Shown: piece after piece, positions 49,701 through 61,287 of the stretch | Layout: every line of letters starts with the position of its first letter | Position numbering within the stretch: the first letter of the stretch is position 1 | From: a virus | DNA: 64,000 nucleotides | Direction: 5' to 3' (one strand) | IMG/VR virus record: IMGVR_UViG_3300010885_064671 | Notes under the pieces: generated by a model | Database searches by the model: none | Told to the model about the DNA's origin: nothing | What the model saw: only the letters and a program-made list of their open reading frames with translations | Position numbers and translations under genes: made by a program

Positions 49701-52700
49701 CTTCTAAAAGGACTTCCGGAATTAATCTCTGATACATCTATTTGCTTAAAAACTGCTGCTGGAAACTGAGGTATAGCATATTGCCCAGCCAGATCTACAA
49801 CTCTTTGATAGTATTGTGGTTCATGTTGCTGCCAGAATTTTAGCACATACGCCATTAAGGATTTTGTTTCGCTATCTACCACACCATCTGGTGGATAAAG
49901 CAACTTGATTCTAGGGACCAAACCAGCAGCGCCACCGATTACATTGCCAGTAGAACACTTAGTCTGGAATGTTTTTACTGCAGTGCTGAGCGCGGCGGTG
50001 TATGTGTTGTTATCTTCTGCCTTCAATAGCATCTTATATAACCCTGCTACATGCATTATAATTTTTATATATCTTACGTATGGATGCTTTGCTCCAACAC
50101 GCCAAGTTGCTACTGGATAACCATCTTGAGCAACATCTATATCCCAAGTGTAATTAAAGTTTTTATAATTAACATTACTTATATCAGTTAATATTGATTC
50201 TTTTCCTGAAAAAATCGATGTGCATGGGACGTCAATTACATTGGCGCCACCTGTTGTTACGGTTTCACCAGGAGTAGTAGTCTCGCTTCCAGCAGGGGTG
50301 GTAACTGAATCGTGACTTTGAATCAAACTATTTACACCAGAATGATTTCTTGTTACAAATCCATAAACTTTTACAGATCTCATTTCTCCAGTACCCTTAT
50401 AGATTAAATTAAGCCTAGTCTTTTGAACACCGTTGAAGGCTATAACTCTTTCCTCTGTTGATATTCTTGAATATTTTGTAGCAAATCTGAAAGGATAAGA
50501 CTTGAAATACGATGCGGGACTGATAGAGGTGTTTATAGACCTACTACCACCCACCTTGTACTCCCCAATTTCCCTAAGGGCATAAGGTCCATATCCCTCT
50601 GGGATCTGTATATTATTAGATTTTTTTTCTGTAAAGGCAAAAAGTTTTTGATTTTTATCTGGTATTTTATATAAACTATAAATTGATGGAAAATTTTCTA
50701 AAACTACATTTGTTATTTTTATAGTTGATAACGAACCAATTGAAGATGGAGTAGATGCTATAACGTCTGAATTAGTTATTTCTATGTAGAAATCTGTACT
50801 GTTATCTATGACGCTATCATTATACAGGTGAGCTGCAACTGAACTTGGAAGTGTTTCTGAAACTTTTTTTAGATAATATTTTTTAATCGAATCGTCTTCA
50901 GATATTAAATCTCTTGCATAATTTATTGGATACTGCGGAGATTCGCTCAAAGAATTAATGAGTAATGGCATATTTGTAAAGTACTTTGTTTTTTCATCAT
51001 CCAGCAATGCAGACTCGTCCATAACCCATGAAGACTCCCACGGGCCAACAAAATTATACAAAGAAGATCGCACGTCCACCAATCTAGTGGCCTGAGACCT
51101 ACTATATAGCCCGTATAATACACTGTTATACAATAGCTTAAAGGGACCCTCTACAAAACCGGGCATTTGCCCATAGTCATCCTGCTCGTAAGATGATAAA
51201 TCGACGTTTGCATTAGCGACGTTTACCAATTCGGACATTCTATATACACTATTGCAATATTCTAAAAACGAAAATGAAGTAAATATTATGTTTCCTTGAT
51301 TAAGTTTATCTCCTGTGGAAGCAAAGCTAAAAGTAGCACCAGCAGCACCATAGGAAGTGGAACTTAAACCCACCTTTAAGAACACCTTACTAAAATCTAA
51401 TGTATCTATCTTTCTAAATTTTGTTTTCTTTATACCATAAACACCATAAGTTTCATTATTAAAAATACTTGGATCTATATTCCATCCGCCAGTAGTCTTT
51501 TCGTCAAGCACCGAAGATTCAACATAATCGACATATTGCTCCACCACTTGAGTAGCTATATCTTCTGATTTTATTTTAATCTCACTAAAGACAAACGGCT
51601 TTCCCCCAGGGTAGTTAGATGCGTCGACTATAAGTGTTCCATTTTTTATGGTAACAAATTCTTTTATTACATTTGATGCGTGTTCAGACAGTTCCTTTGT
51701 GGGACAAAAAGCCAAAACATCAAATTCATTTAGATTACTTACTGCATTTATATCTACCATCCAATAATATGCATTATTTTTTTCAGGTTTACTGCCTTCT
51801 ATAGATTGAACCCAGGTAGCATTTTCAACATTTGGATTTTGAAAAATGTAGTTAGAAAGATTAAATGAAGATTTTTGTAATCTATAAAATATATATGGTT
51901 TAATATTTTCCAAAGAAGTTGTGTCTAGTGAATCATATAGAACACCTACATTTACCACCCTCTGCTTTATCGCACCAGACGCTTCAGCATTAGCGGAGTT
52001 ATCTACAATGTCAAAGTTAACTGGTTGGTTTACCCTGGCAACTAATCTCCAGTTAAATGCTTCATAGTTTCTATTATCGAACAAAGCTTTACGCGGTACA
52101 AATACCTGATAACTACTATAGTCTAAATTGTGGGAAAATATTTCTGAATATTTCTTATTAAATTTTTTAACAGAAAATACTTTATTATTATTTTTTGATA
52201 TAACAGATGCTTCCTCTGCTGTTTCATTATAATAATTTACTGCATTTATTGTTTCCATATATCTTAAGTTTTGGGAAATGACTAGACCGTATTTATCACA
52301 CTCTACTTTGTCGTAAACCAATTTAAGATTTATTGGGTTTGATGCATCTAGGCAGACGACAACCCTATAGGGTATCTCTACATTGGTCGAATTTTTTTCA
52401 GTTATATATGGATCTAGTAGTATTTTATACTTTTTTCTTCCTGTATTTTTGTCTACGTATTCTTGATTTTGAGAATCAAGAACTCTTATATTTACATTTT
52501 TGTAAAAAGACATGTCATTATAATCAGACATATCTGTTATTGAATATCCTGCGGGAGCGGCAATAAAAAATCTGCTAACGTAATAAAAATGCAAAAAATC
52601 TGTTTCATTAATTTTATCTGGGAATAGTCTTTCCGTAGTATAGTTATTGGAAAGTTGGGTGTCGCTTATTGTTAAGTCTTTAGTGTGAAAATTGGTATTT

Positions 52701-52936
52701 CCATTTGCATCCTGCAAAATACCCAATTCATTTGCATAAAAAAAATTAGTTTCATTTTGAGTAAGTATCTTATTTTCGGCTATTGTTTCAGATGTGTCTA
52801 ATATCTTAAGACTATCTTTAGGATTAGGCTCGCTATTAACAAAGTACGCAAGCCCCACACCATTAAGTGGTATTATATTTCCTACCTTGACTGCCTTCTC
52901 AAGCCCTAGGGTAGTTATATTTTCAAACGCTTTCAT
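46736..52936 (-). CDS. Giant tail/fibre protein with an internal peptidoglycan-binding-like segment
   Basis: 2066 aa; NTYTAALSTAVKTFQTKCSTGNVIG..YPPDGVVDSETKSLMAYVLKFW resembles PG_binding_1. Confidence 0.65.
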   Translation of the reverse strand: MKAFENITTLGLEKAVKVGNIIPLNGVGLAYFVNSEPNPKDSLKILDTSETIAENKILTQNETNFFYANELGILQDANGNTNFHTKDLTISDTQLSNNYTTERLFPDKINETDFLHFYYVSRFFIAAPAGYSITDMSDYNDMSFYKNVNIRVLDSQNQEYVDKNTGRKKYKILLDPYITEKNSTNVEIPYRVVVCLDASNPINLKLVYDKVECDKYGLVISQNLRYMETINAVNYYNETAEEASVISKNNNKVFSVKKFNKKYSEIFSHNLDYSSYQVFVPRKALFDNRNYEAFNWRLVARVNQPVNFDIVDNSANAEASGAIKQRVVNVGVLYDSLDTTSLENIKPYIFYRLQKSSFNLSNYIFQNPNVENATWVQSIEGSKPEKNNAYYWMVDINAVSNLNEFDVLAFCPTKELSEHASNVIKEFVTIKNGTLIVDASNYPGGKPFVFSEIKIKSEDIATQVVEQYVDYVESSVLDEKTTGGWNIDPSIFNNETYGVYGIKKTKFRKIDTLDFSKVFLKVGLSSTSYGAAGATFSFASTGDKLNQGNIIFTSFSFLEYCNSVYRMSELVNVANANVDLSSYEQDDYGQMPGFVEGPFKLLYNSVLYGLYSRSQATRLVDVRSSLYNFVGPWESSWVMDESALLDDEKTKYFTNMPLLINSLSESPQYPINYARDLISEDDSIKKYYLKKVSETLPSSVAAHLYNDSVIDNSTDFYIEITNSDVIASTPSSIGSLSTIKITNVVLENFPSIYSLYKIPDKNQKLFAFTEKKSNNIQIPEGYGPYALREIGEYKVGGSRSINTSISPASYFKSYPFRFATKYSRISTEERVIAFNGVQKTRLNLIYKGTGEMRSVKVYGFVTRNHSGVNSLIQSHDSVTTPAGSETTTPGETVTTGGANVIDVPCTSIFSGKESILTDISNVNYKNFNYTWDIDVAQDGYPVATWRVGAKHPYVRYIKIIMHVAGLYKMLLKAEDNNTYTAALSTAVKTFQTKCSTGNVIGGAAGLVPRIKLLYPPDGVVDSETKSLMAYVLKFWQQHEPQYYQRVVDLAGQYAIPQFPAAVFKQIDVSEINSGSPFRRISFTGNVSNSPSTVEDFIFFSIPQPEKYEKVKKIRITLDEAPWNKVVALTYGYSSTDPTQGGTKKIAAASVHTSYKIHKTLNKAPVNSVIEIDPSSVSTKDCRYVYVRLQTNGKQLGGKYGTLAEGFGIKAITADMVTAQLTIRLPDTITPGAPSTTTTPPDDVTNTLFNDKKIYQAFPDIVAPESDELASFWLTDENGYPDKNLSWSNGKLVCISDKYLLYATLPDKFYGWSNADGKWTENIINLFSVNSVDGSTQITSVVKTITEQSRTIGYKDIVSTADVYINAIADLTENFSNLSSMNSLSIEYNQKYLSGKNVLLRSISYSYLGKKYFKTFDTPIIANNTALNQLVNNLVQQNTAEINNIINNGITVDFSQPSSVTLDKDTSVELSNVTSSIGSTAISPATAITTTYHGDIPNPIQGGVVQCTGVKLSTSATYYSNSKTYISEEEIIDNYSLITVAGQNIEKVSSITSNDGVVLLCDSSGKPIGIPSPENVRAGIVTAAVSDPSKKFDINYGYVSITNKLLEENGFIYGFYDKKEKEFIGKLVTYGELITRGINNIYISAMAFDADGNVDTLINYVGAQSTNSFKPVTINPKMIAPVYSVKYNNSSAIKIVDMNESVGKNEAWPLKVSVGSFNKEITLSNKHIFTDWKSKYINQTLYCTYDTSVGSFSENFSRIYGRGCKDIVNEIPIVISSKKIKLRHFPILSVAVPVEKDTDTLIPAIVPVVDVYIRADQTSSWVKIPRTEILDIDAENGYIEFDNQIISSNENLIKVNYTIKDTAAWIYQVEGQEVPLNTFLNSKTIDENKPIYIYLLPTKIDINDTPMHISDNTKNDALISGRKPLINYVNSYPVHFTYDFNIFDQYSYSYNPIALMLGVVYISNSDKKSSVNIYDIRVRGGGITADAQSRVSMDSIHGSDTYWDMYSINPKAYPRGGYTVIRMPDSVKDNFNDIQEIYDIVNRNITAGVSFEIQNPDAITWSTKTYE

Positions 52937-55900
52937 TAACTTTCCTCATAACCTATTATTGTATTTGGAGTAGCAATTACATTCGGAGTTGAGCCGAATA
53001 ACCCCATCTGATACTGGCTGTAATAATCTATGGGAACCCATGTTGGTGGGACCCAATTCAACTCGCCATAAGGAGTAGAGCTATCTTCTTGATCTATTAT
53101 ATTATATGTAAAGTTTGGAGTCGCAATTATACTTGGGTCATTACCTATACTCTTATAGTAGGAAGGCAATACTGTTTCTTCATTTAAATATTGGATGTTA
53201 TCAAATCTTTCATACCAATAAGATATGTCCCCATATATTGTGTTAGGAGTTGCCGATGGCGTAGCTGCCATCTCCGTTTCTACTGTCACAAACCAATATC
53301 CTGGATCATTCCTAACCTGAGAATAAAATGGACCTATAGAAAACTTGCCCCCAGGTGCCGAAACGTATCCAGAATCTAGGGTTCTGCCTGGAGTTGCGGC
53401 CTGATTTTTATACCCTACATCATTCAATGCACCGTGGAAACTTCTTGCCTTTCTCCAATAAACTATCGGTGTAGATGCCGGAGGTATATTGTTTGAGGAT
53501 AAATAGCCCTTAATGTAATTTTCGCTAATCCCATCTGACTCGATCATACCTTTTGACGCTACTGCTTTTAGTGAATATTCTGGTATATAGTTTTCTATAA
53601 ACTCTATATTCGAACCAAAAATAAATGTATTAGCTTCGCTATTGACGTGAGCAAGTGGGTCTGGGTAAGATAAACCTGAAACTAAAATTGAAGCAAACAT
53701 TTCACTAGTAGAAATACCAACAAATCTTAATTTTGTTTTAGCTAAACCAAATTCATCAGTTGTTAGATATTCTTCTTCCACATCCAAAAGATCACTTGAT
53801 ATCCTAAATGTTTGATATGGCTTAAAATTCCCAGCCACGTCATAAGATCTAATCAATAGATATATTATATCATCTATGTTTTTGGATATAGTTTGTGGAG
53901 ATAAAGTAACAATTGCCGTACCAAAATCATATTCATCTTTAGAAAGATATACATACCCTTCTTCTATCGGAAGATCTGAAGTGTTTAAATTTATCCCTAA
54001 AGGTGTAGAATGCTCTTGCAGTGCAGATTCGTATGTAATCTTATATGTAGAGTTTACTGATGGAGTAGCTGAGAAATATATTTTAGCATTATAAGATTCG
54101 CTAGCGTGAGAATAGTTATTTCTATCTACATAAAAAGCTCTAGATAGATTATAGCTTACTGTATATTCTCTGCCTGGTACTATTATACTCCCGCCAGTAG
54201 CAGCACTATTGTATATCATCAACTTATTAAGAGCTTGCGAATACTTATCTTGTCCACTAGCAATGAAGTCTGAATCTATCGAAATATAAAATTCACCGTC
54301 TAAGTAAAATGGTATATAACCTGTAGTGCCAGGCGTAGAAGACTGGGAAGCTATAGACCATATATAAAACTCTGGATTTAATGGAGATCTAGTTAAGATC
54401 TTTCCAGTATAATTATCTTTTATTGTTATATCTTTTATTGCTGTGTGTGCGAGATATAGGGCTGATTCATTAGAGCCAATAAGAATTTCCTCATTTGAAA
54501 ATACTACATTTCCAGGTGTAGCTGGATCCGAAAATGCCATTTCATTCATATCAAATTGTATATCATTTTCTTGCACATCAACCAATATTGGTGCACCATG
54601 GGTAGGCACATTGTTTAATTCTAACCCAAAATATTTACCAAAATAAATTTCCACAATTGGTTTAGAGTAAACATAATAATCATCTTCTGCGAGATTTAAC
54701 CAACCAGTATTCATAGAAATTGGATTCGTACCCGATACCTGTGTTATGTCTCCAGCATATCCCTTCCCAAATTCTGCGTATACATCTACGGGGCTAAAAT
54801 AATATACGTCATTAGATGAATCGTAAATTTCCCTTATAATTTTAGATGAATTTTCATTATATCTTAAAAGTATACTTGAATCTCTAAGAACAGATTTTTG
54901 AGAAGTTCTTAAAACAATGTCTTTATTATTGGTTACAGGCTCAATTTCGGTTATAAGATACTGGTTATTTGATTCCGGGACTAAACCAAAATCCTCCCTA
55001 TTAAAAGAATATGTATCTAGGAATGTATCCCTCTTATTCAAATCAAATGGGCTATTTGTTTCGTCTACATTTTCGGTATTCTTATAAACATTCCCCAGAT
55101 AATCTAGATAGCCTTTAATCATAGGTGTTGTTCTTAATTCACCATCATCTATCGGATACCATATAGCATCTTTGAATGGATAATTAGGTGTTGAACTTAA
55201 ATTATTAGTTATAGCTAGAGTATGCGGCAAAGATGAATAGTTGAATGTGGCGGACTCAAGGTAGCCGGAATATATAGGATTAGTTAGAGTATGATCTGTA
55301 GCAGCATAGGAATTGATTACAATGTTTGGGGAAGATGGAACGAAATAATCTGTATCTAACAATGGGTAATAAGATCTACCCCCATATTTTAACGGTTCAC
55401 TAACCGCGATATCCACCGGTTGAGATTGCCCTATTATTATATCTGCAGGAGTAAAAACTGGTAGCGAATTTATTTTTTTGCCTTCTATTATTAGATTAGA
55501 AGGAGTTGCATCGGTAGGAATTAACAGATTTTTTACCAGATCAGACACTAGCAATGTTTCATCTTTAGTTATATATGGATCATTATCTGAATTTAAAATA
55601 ATATTTTCTTCTACAATATTTGAATAACCAATTATCTCTTTGGTGCCGTAAACAGTAGATCCTATTTTAAAATTAGAATTAACATAATTTATATTTGGGG
55701 TAGTCTTAGATATATATGAACCAGAAGTTGGGTTACGCGAGTATGCAACAGATTGCTCATCAAAGCCAACTCTATATTGGCCGGTTGGAACTGCTACATA
55801 AGACTGAGTATTTACATCCCATTTAACTTTGTTAACAATTCTTACCGAAGATGCTTTAGATATATCTATAGAATTATTAACTGGTGTGGCTAAAGAATTT

Positions 55901-57817
55901 TCATATGTATAATCATATCTTTTTTCTTTAAACGACAAATTTTGTCCAGTAAAATTATTTGAATCAACAATTTTTATATAGTTATATTCAGGGCTTGCCG
56001 AATCCGTTTGTAGATAATTATTATAAACGAAAAAATCTTCTCTATCATTATAATCCAAGTTAGCATAGAAGCTTGATGGTGTTGAATACTGATTGTGCGC
56101 TGGCATATATATCTCATAGACCAAAGCTACACCAGCATTAAACGGAGTTGCAGAGTTTGGGTTTGAAACATGTGGATTAGCTACAGTTTTATAATGCTGT
56201 GCCTTGTAGTTGTAATCTATCCTTATGGGCATGTAGTAGTCGTCAAAGCCTTCTGTTTTAAAGCCGCTGGCCTCAAAGTAACCTTCAAAAGAAACAGTCG
56301 AAGAATCCTTAGATACTATATCAATTTTTAGATCATCAAAATCACCAACACCAGCCTGGAAGTACTCCCCGAGTGGCGTAGCATTATCATATACAGCTGG
56401 TATATATCCAATACCCTCACCATTCAACCCTGCATAGTCCCATATGCCTTCGGACCAATCTATGTAGCCTATGTTTGAAGGATATGTTTCATTTATATAT
56501 TTTACAAAATCATAGAATCTTTTCTCTGCGACACCAGAATCCGAAAAATAAGGTGTCGAAGATTCAATGTCGCTTATCTCTAATATTTCAGGAGTAGCAC
56601 CAGCATAGTTGGAATCTGGAGTTGCACCATACGCTCTCCATATATCCAATTCTCTTCTTAGGGTTCTCTTAAATCCCTCTTTGCTTACTGATGGAGGATT
56701 GTTGTAAGTGTCTAGTATTCTTTTTTTAAAATTCGAATTACCCTCTAAATATAATCTATTAAGACCAACGCGTGCACCTAGCTCATCAAATATATTAAAT
56801 AATAGAATTGGTTCCTGATGATATAGAGAACCATCTATATTTAATGAATCAAATTCTTGTAAAGTTACTATTTGACTATCTATTATATTATGATAAAAAA
56901 TATAATCTGTTACCCTAGATGAATTAAACTTTTCTACAGAAGAAACCCTAGCTAGTACTATGCCATCCCCAACAAAGCTCAAAGACCCAGCAGGAATTTT
57001 GTATGATACATATCCCCAAGCTGGGATATTAAGATCAGACGTACCTAAAAAATTATTTAAATTATATATATCAAGTTGAGTATTAAAATCATCTAGATAA
57101 TGACCAACTAATGAATTAACAAACTTACCGCCTACGGTTATAGGAGTAGCTAATTCTGGAGTTGCTTGCTCTATGGAATCCTCATAGATGTCTGTCCATG
57201 TTGGGAATTTTTTTAGAATGCTCCTAGCGTAATCGGAAATTACCGGACTAGAGATATCATTTATCGCTACATTTATATATAGCAAAAGACCCAAAGAAGA
57301 AATGTCTTCTACGTCAGAAAATATTTCTAATTCTATTTTAATATATTCTTTTGAATTTATTAAAAATATTGAATTTGATTCAGAACTTAAAGTAGAAGTT
57401 ATCCAAGTCCCAGATAAGCCAGTATCTGATTCGTAAATTTGTAAATTAAATGTTGGTTGCTGAACACCCGGATTATTGGTGAACGCATGTTTAAATGAGA
57501 TTATATCTACGGATGAAGATGTATCTATAAAGCGTAAATCTGATGGACTTGCACCATCCCTAACCACTTCGCCGTAGTTAGTTACGTATGAAGCATTAGA
57601 AGAAACAGGTGTAGCGTGGTGGCCAGAAAAATTGGGTGAAGAAACTTCAGTCCCAACAAATGTATAATCTCCGGATTAAGTTTAAACCAGTTTTAGATCT
57701 ATCGTTAGAATAATTCTTATAGAACTTATTGTTGTACAAGTTGATAGAACCAGTTGTCCATTTATTTCCATTTTTTACAAAGTCTCCGCTTCGGAAACCT
57801 AATAGATACTGTTTCAT
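52936..57817 (-). CDS. Giant tail/fibre protein; true N-terminus at about 57817, reached by a +1 shift at CGG 57671..57673
   Basis: MKQYLLGFRSGDFVKNGNKWTTGSINLYNNKFYKNYSNDRSKTGLNLI-(C)-GDYTFVGTEVSSPNFSGHHATPVSSNASYVTNYGEVVRDGASPSDLRF.. joins the open frame of ORF 52936..57567. Confidence 0.75.
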
Positions 57818-57842
57818 TACTTGTTCTCTCTAATTTTTTAGT

Positions 57843-59087
57843 TTAATTTAACCAAATAGAATACTCTGAAGTTACCCCATTTTCTGGATGTACAAACATT
57901 AAGTGCTGACAAGGTCTACTCATGGACGAGAAGTACTCCTGAGCATACGTGTTATAGCTTTCTGGCGACCCAGAAATTCTAAGAGTAGAACTACCCAATG
58001 TATATTTTGCTTGAACGTGATAATGCCCCATGAAGACGTCATCGAAATGTTCAGGTATTGCTCCATCTTTCCAGCCAAAAACTTTTACCTTATAAGGAGA
58101 AATTGAATTAGGATGTGGCAGCTGATCACCATGGATTAAGAGGGTTGAGTAATTGCCGATAGTATCTATCGCATACCAATTTCTTTCTCCTTTACCATCC
58201 GGAATATTAAAAGTAATTCTATCTTCCGCAGAAAACATAAGTTCAGTTATCTTATATAGCAATCTGTCCATGTTGGTTTCTGGGTCATGTTGTTTTCTGG
58301 CCCTACCACCAACCGCACCATGATTACCTATAACACCAGTAACGCGAACTGTTTTAAAATTTTCTAATGCTGTTTTAAAAAACTTGCCCAATATTCTTGG
58401 TCCATTTATTCCGACCTGTCTGTATAGGCCAGAATCTATCAGGTGACTTTGTCCAGGAAATATCTCTTCTCCCTCGACTATGTCGCCCAGCATCCAGACA
58501 TGCAAATCGTCTACGTTGTGATCCATACGCTGTATCTCTGTTATCTCTAGCAGCTTCTGCGTATACAGCTCTATGCGCTCTTCTAAGACGTCAGAATTGT
58601 AATCTGGTGTTATCTTACCCATTTGCCAGTCACCGAATACCACAACTGCGGTTTCAGACGACTTATGTTTACTTTGCTTAAGTACTGGTGGTTTAGTCTT
58701 GGGCATTTCGAAATTAGCGAATGCATCAAAGGCGGCTTGGTATGCTACTGAAACAACTTCCTGCTGGACATTCTTCAGCGCATCTACTCTTCTTGCTAAT
58801 CTTTTATTTTCAGATCTTAAAAATTCATTTCTTGAATCGGATATAGAATCAGAATCTATCATATCTTCATCTAAGTCAACTTCTGGATCTAAGTATATAG
58901 ACTGCTCATAAGATGAATCTTTATTTCTAATGTAATCGGCTATATCTTGTTCTGCTATTTCTTCTACTGAAATGGATTCACTTAATACGTCTCCATGACC
59001 CTTGTCATCAAAAATCAAACTTTTAGCTTGACCAACGTTTGGGGCGCGAACTATATGTGTTTTAGTAATAACAAAATTCTTCTTCAT
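57843..59087 (-). CDS. Calcineurin-like metallophosphoesterase
   Basis: AVVVFGDWQMGKI ... VWMLGDIVEGE (LGDIVEG) ... VIGNHGAVGG ... LLIHGDQLP ... DVFMGHYHVQA. Confidence 0.8.
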   Translation of the reverse strand: MKKNFVITKTHIVRAPNVGQAKSLIFDDKGHGDVLSESISVEEIAEQDIADYIRNKDSSYEQSIYLDPEVDLDEDMIDSDSISDSRNEFLRSENKRLARRVDALKNVQQEVVSVAYQAAFDAFANFEMPKTKPPVLKQSKHKSSETAVVVFGDWQMGKITPDYNSDVLEERIELYTQKLLEITEIQRMDHNVDDLHVWMLGDIVEGEEIFPGQSHLIDSGLYRQVGINGPRILGKFFKTALENFKTVRVTGVIGNHGAVGGRARKQHDPETNMDRLLYKITELMFSAEDRITFNIPDGKGERNWYAIDTIGNYSTLLIHGDQLPHPNSISPYKVKVFGWKDGAIPEHFDDVFMGHYHVQAKYTLGSSTLRISGSPESYNTYAQEYFSSMSRPCQHLMFVHPENGVTSEYSIWLN

Positions 59088-59105
59088 GACCCGACCTATT
59101 CTAGG

Positions 59106-60272
59106 CTAATAATTTGATGTTCCCATTATAACAGAATAAATAGAAACTGCACCAGATGTAGCATATATTTTATCACTTGCTGGAGTATAATCCTTTACCG
59201 GTATTTCTTTACCGCTTGCATTGAAAGAATTGATTGTAACATATTTTATGTAATCAGATGACAATCTTATCTGTCTTTCTATTTCAGCAACAGATACAGT
59301 ATCCCCTATCGTCATAGAATTTAAATATCTTTGAACAAACAGTTTAGCCTGATTATTAATCCCAGCAACAAAAGATGAAGAAGCGCTAGAAGATAGGGTC
59401 AAGGTTGCAGATACATTAACCGCTGCCTTCTCTGCTATTCTTATGTTAAATCTAACGCCTACTGGCTTTATAGATAAAATTGTATTGTAAACCATCTCTG
59501 GCATAGTTTTTATTTCTGCAGAAGATTCTGGAACAATTATAACGTCACAAGAGCCAAGCCCAAAAGAAGATTCTCTAAGCCTAACATCTCTAACGCCATT
59601 TAATCCTAGCACAGAAAATCTGACTGCTTCGACCGTACCGGATGAACGAGTTTTTAATGCAGCTATTATTCTTCTTCTGTAATTATCGTCAGACTCAGAG
59701 TTAAATATTGCATATACTTCCTTGGCGTTAAAGCAGGATATGATTACTCCAGGTGGGGCTATGACGTTGTGTCTGGTCAAAGAGCCAATAGATGCAGTAT
59801 ATGTATTATCTGTGAAATCTGGAATAACTAAACCATAGGCTTTTGTATTTGATGCTGGTATGATTGTATCGCCATTTAATTTATACTTATATTGACGAGT
59901 TACATAACTGTCAACATTGGCATATACCATTGTGCCTTTAGGAATAACTATATCTACGCTGTATGGTTTTTGGATACTAAACTCTATGTTAAATGATTGC
60001 CTTTCAGCGGCTGCGCTATTGCTTATATCCTTTCTTTTGACCCCATATAATTCACCAATTTTATCTAAGTTAAAACCCGAGGCGGTTGTTAGCCCCCCCT
60101 GCTGCAGGGTAAAAGACAGGGATGAATACAGGTCAGCTATTTCGGTCCCTATTGCGTCAGCAAAAGCTTTAGCAACAGAACCTGGTTGGACTGATGTGAT
60201 ACCAGCATTTTTTTTCAAAGACTCTAAAATAGAGTTAATTATTTCTGATTTATCTTTTGAACCGTATATCAC
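59106..60272 (-). CDS. Baseplate J-like protein
   Basis: GTEIADLYSSLSFTLQQGGLTTASGFNLDKIGELYGVKRKDISNSAAAERQSFNIEF..VIPKGTMVYAN..ESDDNYRRRIIAAL. Confidence 0.85.
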   Translation of the reverse strand: MIYGSKDKSEIINSILESLKKNAGITSVQPGSVAKAFADAIGTEIADLYSSLSFTLQQGGLTTASGFNLDKIGELYGVKRKDISNSAAAERQSFNIEFSIQKPYSVDIVIPKGTMVYANVDSYVTRQYKYKLNGDTIIPASNTKAYGLVIPDFTDNTYTASIGSLTRHNVIAPPGVIISCFNAKEVYAIFNSESDDNYRRRIIAALKTRSSGTVEAVRFSVLGLNGVRDVRLRESSFGLGSCDVIIVPESSAEIKTMPEMVYNTILSIKPVGVRFNIRIAEKAAVNVSATLTLSSSASSSFVAGINNQAKLFVQRYLNSMTIGDTVSVAEIERQIRLSSDYIKYVTINSFNASGKEIPVKDYTPASDKIYATSGAVSIYSVIMGTSNY

Positions 60273-60279
60273 TATAACC

Positions 60280-60702
60280 TCACAAACTCTGTGTAACAGA
60301 TAGTACTACTGGCTCATTGCCACTCGACATTATATGGACATCAAATCTTATACTATCGGGGCCAGTAGGAACAGCTGTAATCTGTATATTTCTTCCCTGG
60401 AATATTCCCTCTCTCTCTAGGGCCTGACGTATCAGTCTACTGCCAAGATCACCAGTTTGAGGGTTTTGAGGCATACCATAAAGTATGGATAAATCTGTAC
60501 CAAGACTTGGATAAACAAAAAAATCTCCAGGCTCAGTCATTAACCTGATATATATCTGCTGGACATCATCTGACAAGGATGAATTAGTTGTTGAGATATC
60601 CCTGGTACCGTCCACCAGTAAATCGCCAGACATTGTTAAATATAGATCAGACATTTTTATCTTTATCAGCCTTTTCTTTAGCTTGTTCATTTGTATAGCC
60701 AT
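60280..60702 (-). CDS. gp25/GPW-like baseplate wedge protein
   Basis: DGTRDISTTNSSLSDDVQQIYIRLMTEPGDFFVYPSLGTDLSILYGMPQNP. Confidence 0.8.
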   Translation of the reverse strand: MAIQMNKLKKRLIKIKMSDLYLTMSGDLLVDGTRDISTTNSSLSDDVQQIYIRLMTEPGDFFVYPSLGTDLSILYGMPQNPQTGDLGSRLIRQALEREGIFQGRNIQITAVPTGPDSIRFDVHIMSSGNEPVVLSVTQSL

Positions 60703-61285
60703 TTTTCATTAACTCTACAGCATACTGCATATACTCATTGGTGTGGTCCTTTAAGATATTATTAAAGAAAGACATCTGATCTGGGTTTAAACCTTCAGTG
60801 GAAATTGAAGAGGTGTACTTTTGATCATTGCTGCTTTGCTGCGAACCAAAACCATATTCCTCATTTATAGTAAGAGATTTTTGAACTTCTTTCTCCTTTA
60901 TATCTGCAAGTTTTCCAAGGTAATGGTATGCTTCATTTTGTGCGGAATGAATATTTTTAGGGTTTATCTTTACTAAAGTTGGTTGTGAATAGTCTGAAGC
61001 TGCATAATTAAAATTAAATTCGTTCCACCTTAACCCATCTTCCCCGCAAAAAAATCTAACCTTTTCAGCAAAAAATGAAATGGTGTTACTACTGGCACTT
61101 ATGACTATCCCTACGCCCGGGGCAGCAAAAATCTCTATGTCGCCCTCATCATTAAGCCTTAAGAAGGAGCTGGTATCTGGATGGGTAAGCCCAACTTCTC
61201 TTTGTGAAAATTGGCTCCTCCTATTAAGCTCGGTATCTACTGGAAAGCTGGAAACCGGCTGCGTTGGATCTGGTGTGTTTTGCAT
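60647..61285 (-). CDS. Baseplate/tail-associated protein
   Basis: 212 aa ORF between gp25-like and spike-like genes. Confidence 0.55.
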   Translation of the reverse strand: MQNTPDPTQPVSSFPVDTELNRRSQFSQREVGLTHPDTSSFLRLNDEGDIEIFAAPGVGIVISASSNTISFFAEKVRFFCGEDGLRWNEFNFNYAASDYSQPTLVKINPKNIHSAQNEAYHYLGKLADIKEKEVQKSLTINEEYGFGSQQSSNDQKYTSSISTEGLNPDQMSFFNNILKDHTNEYMQYAVELMKNGYTNEQAKEKADKDKNV

Positions 61286-61287
61286 AT

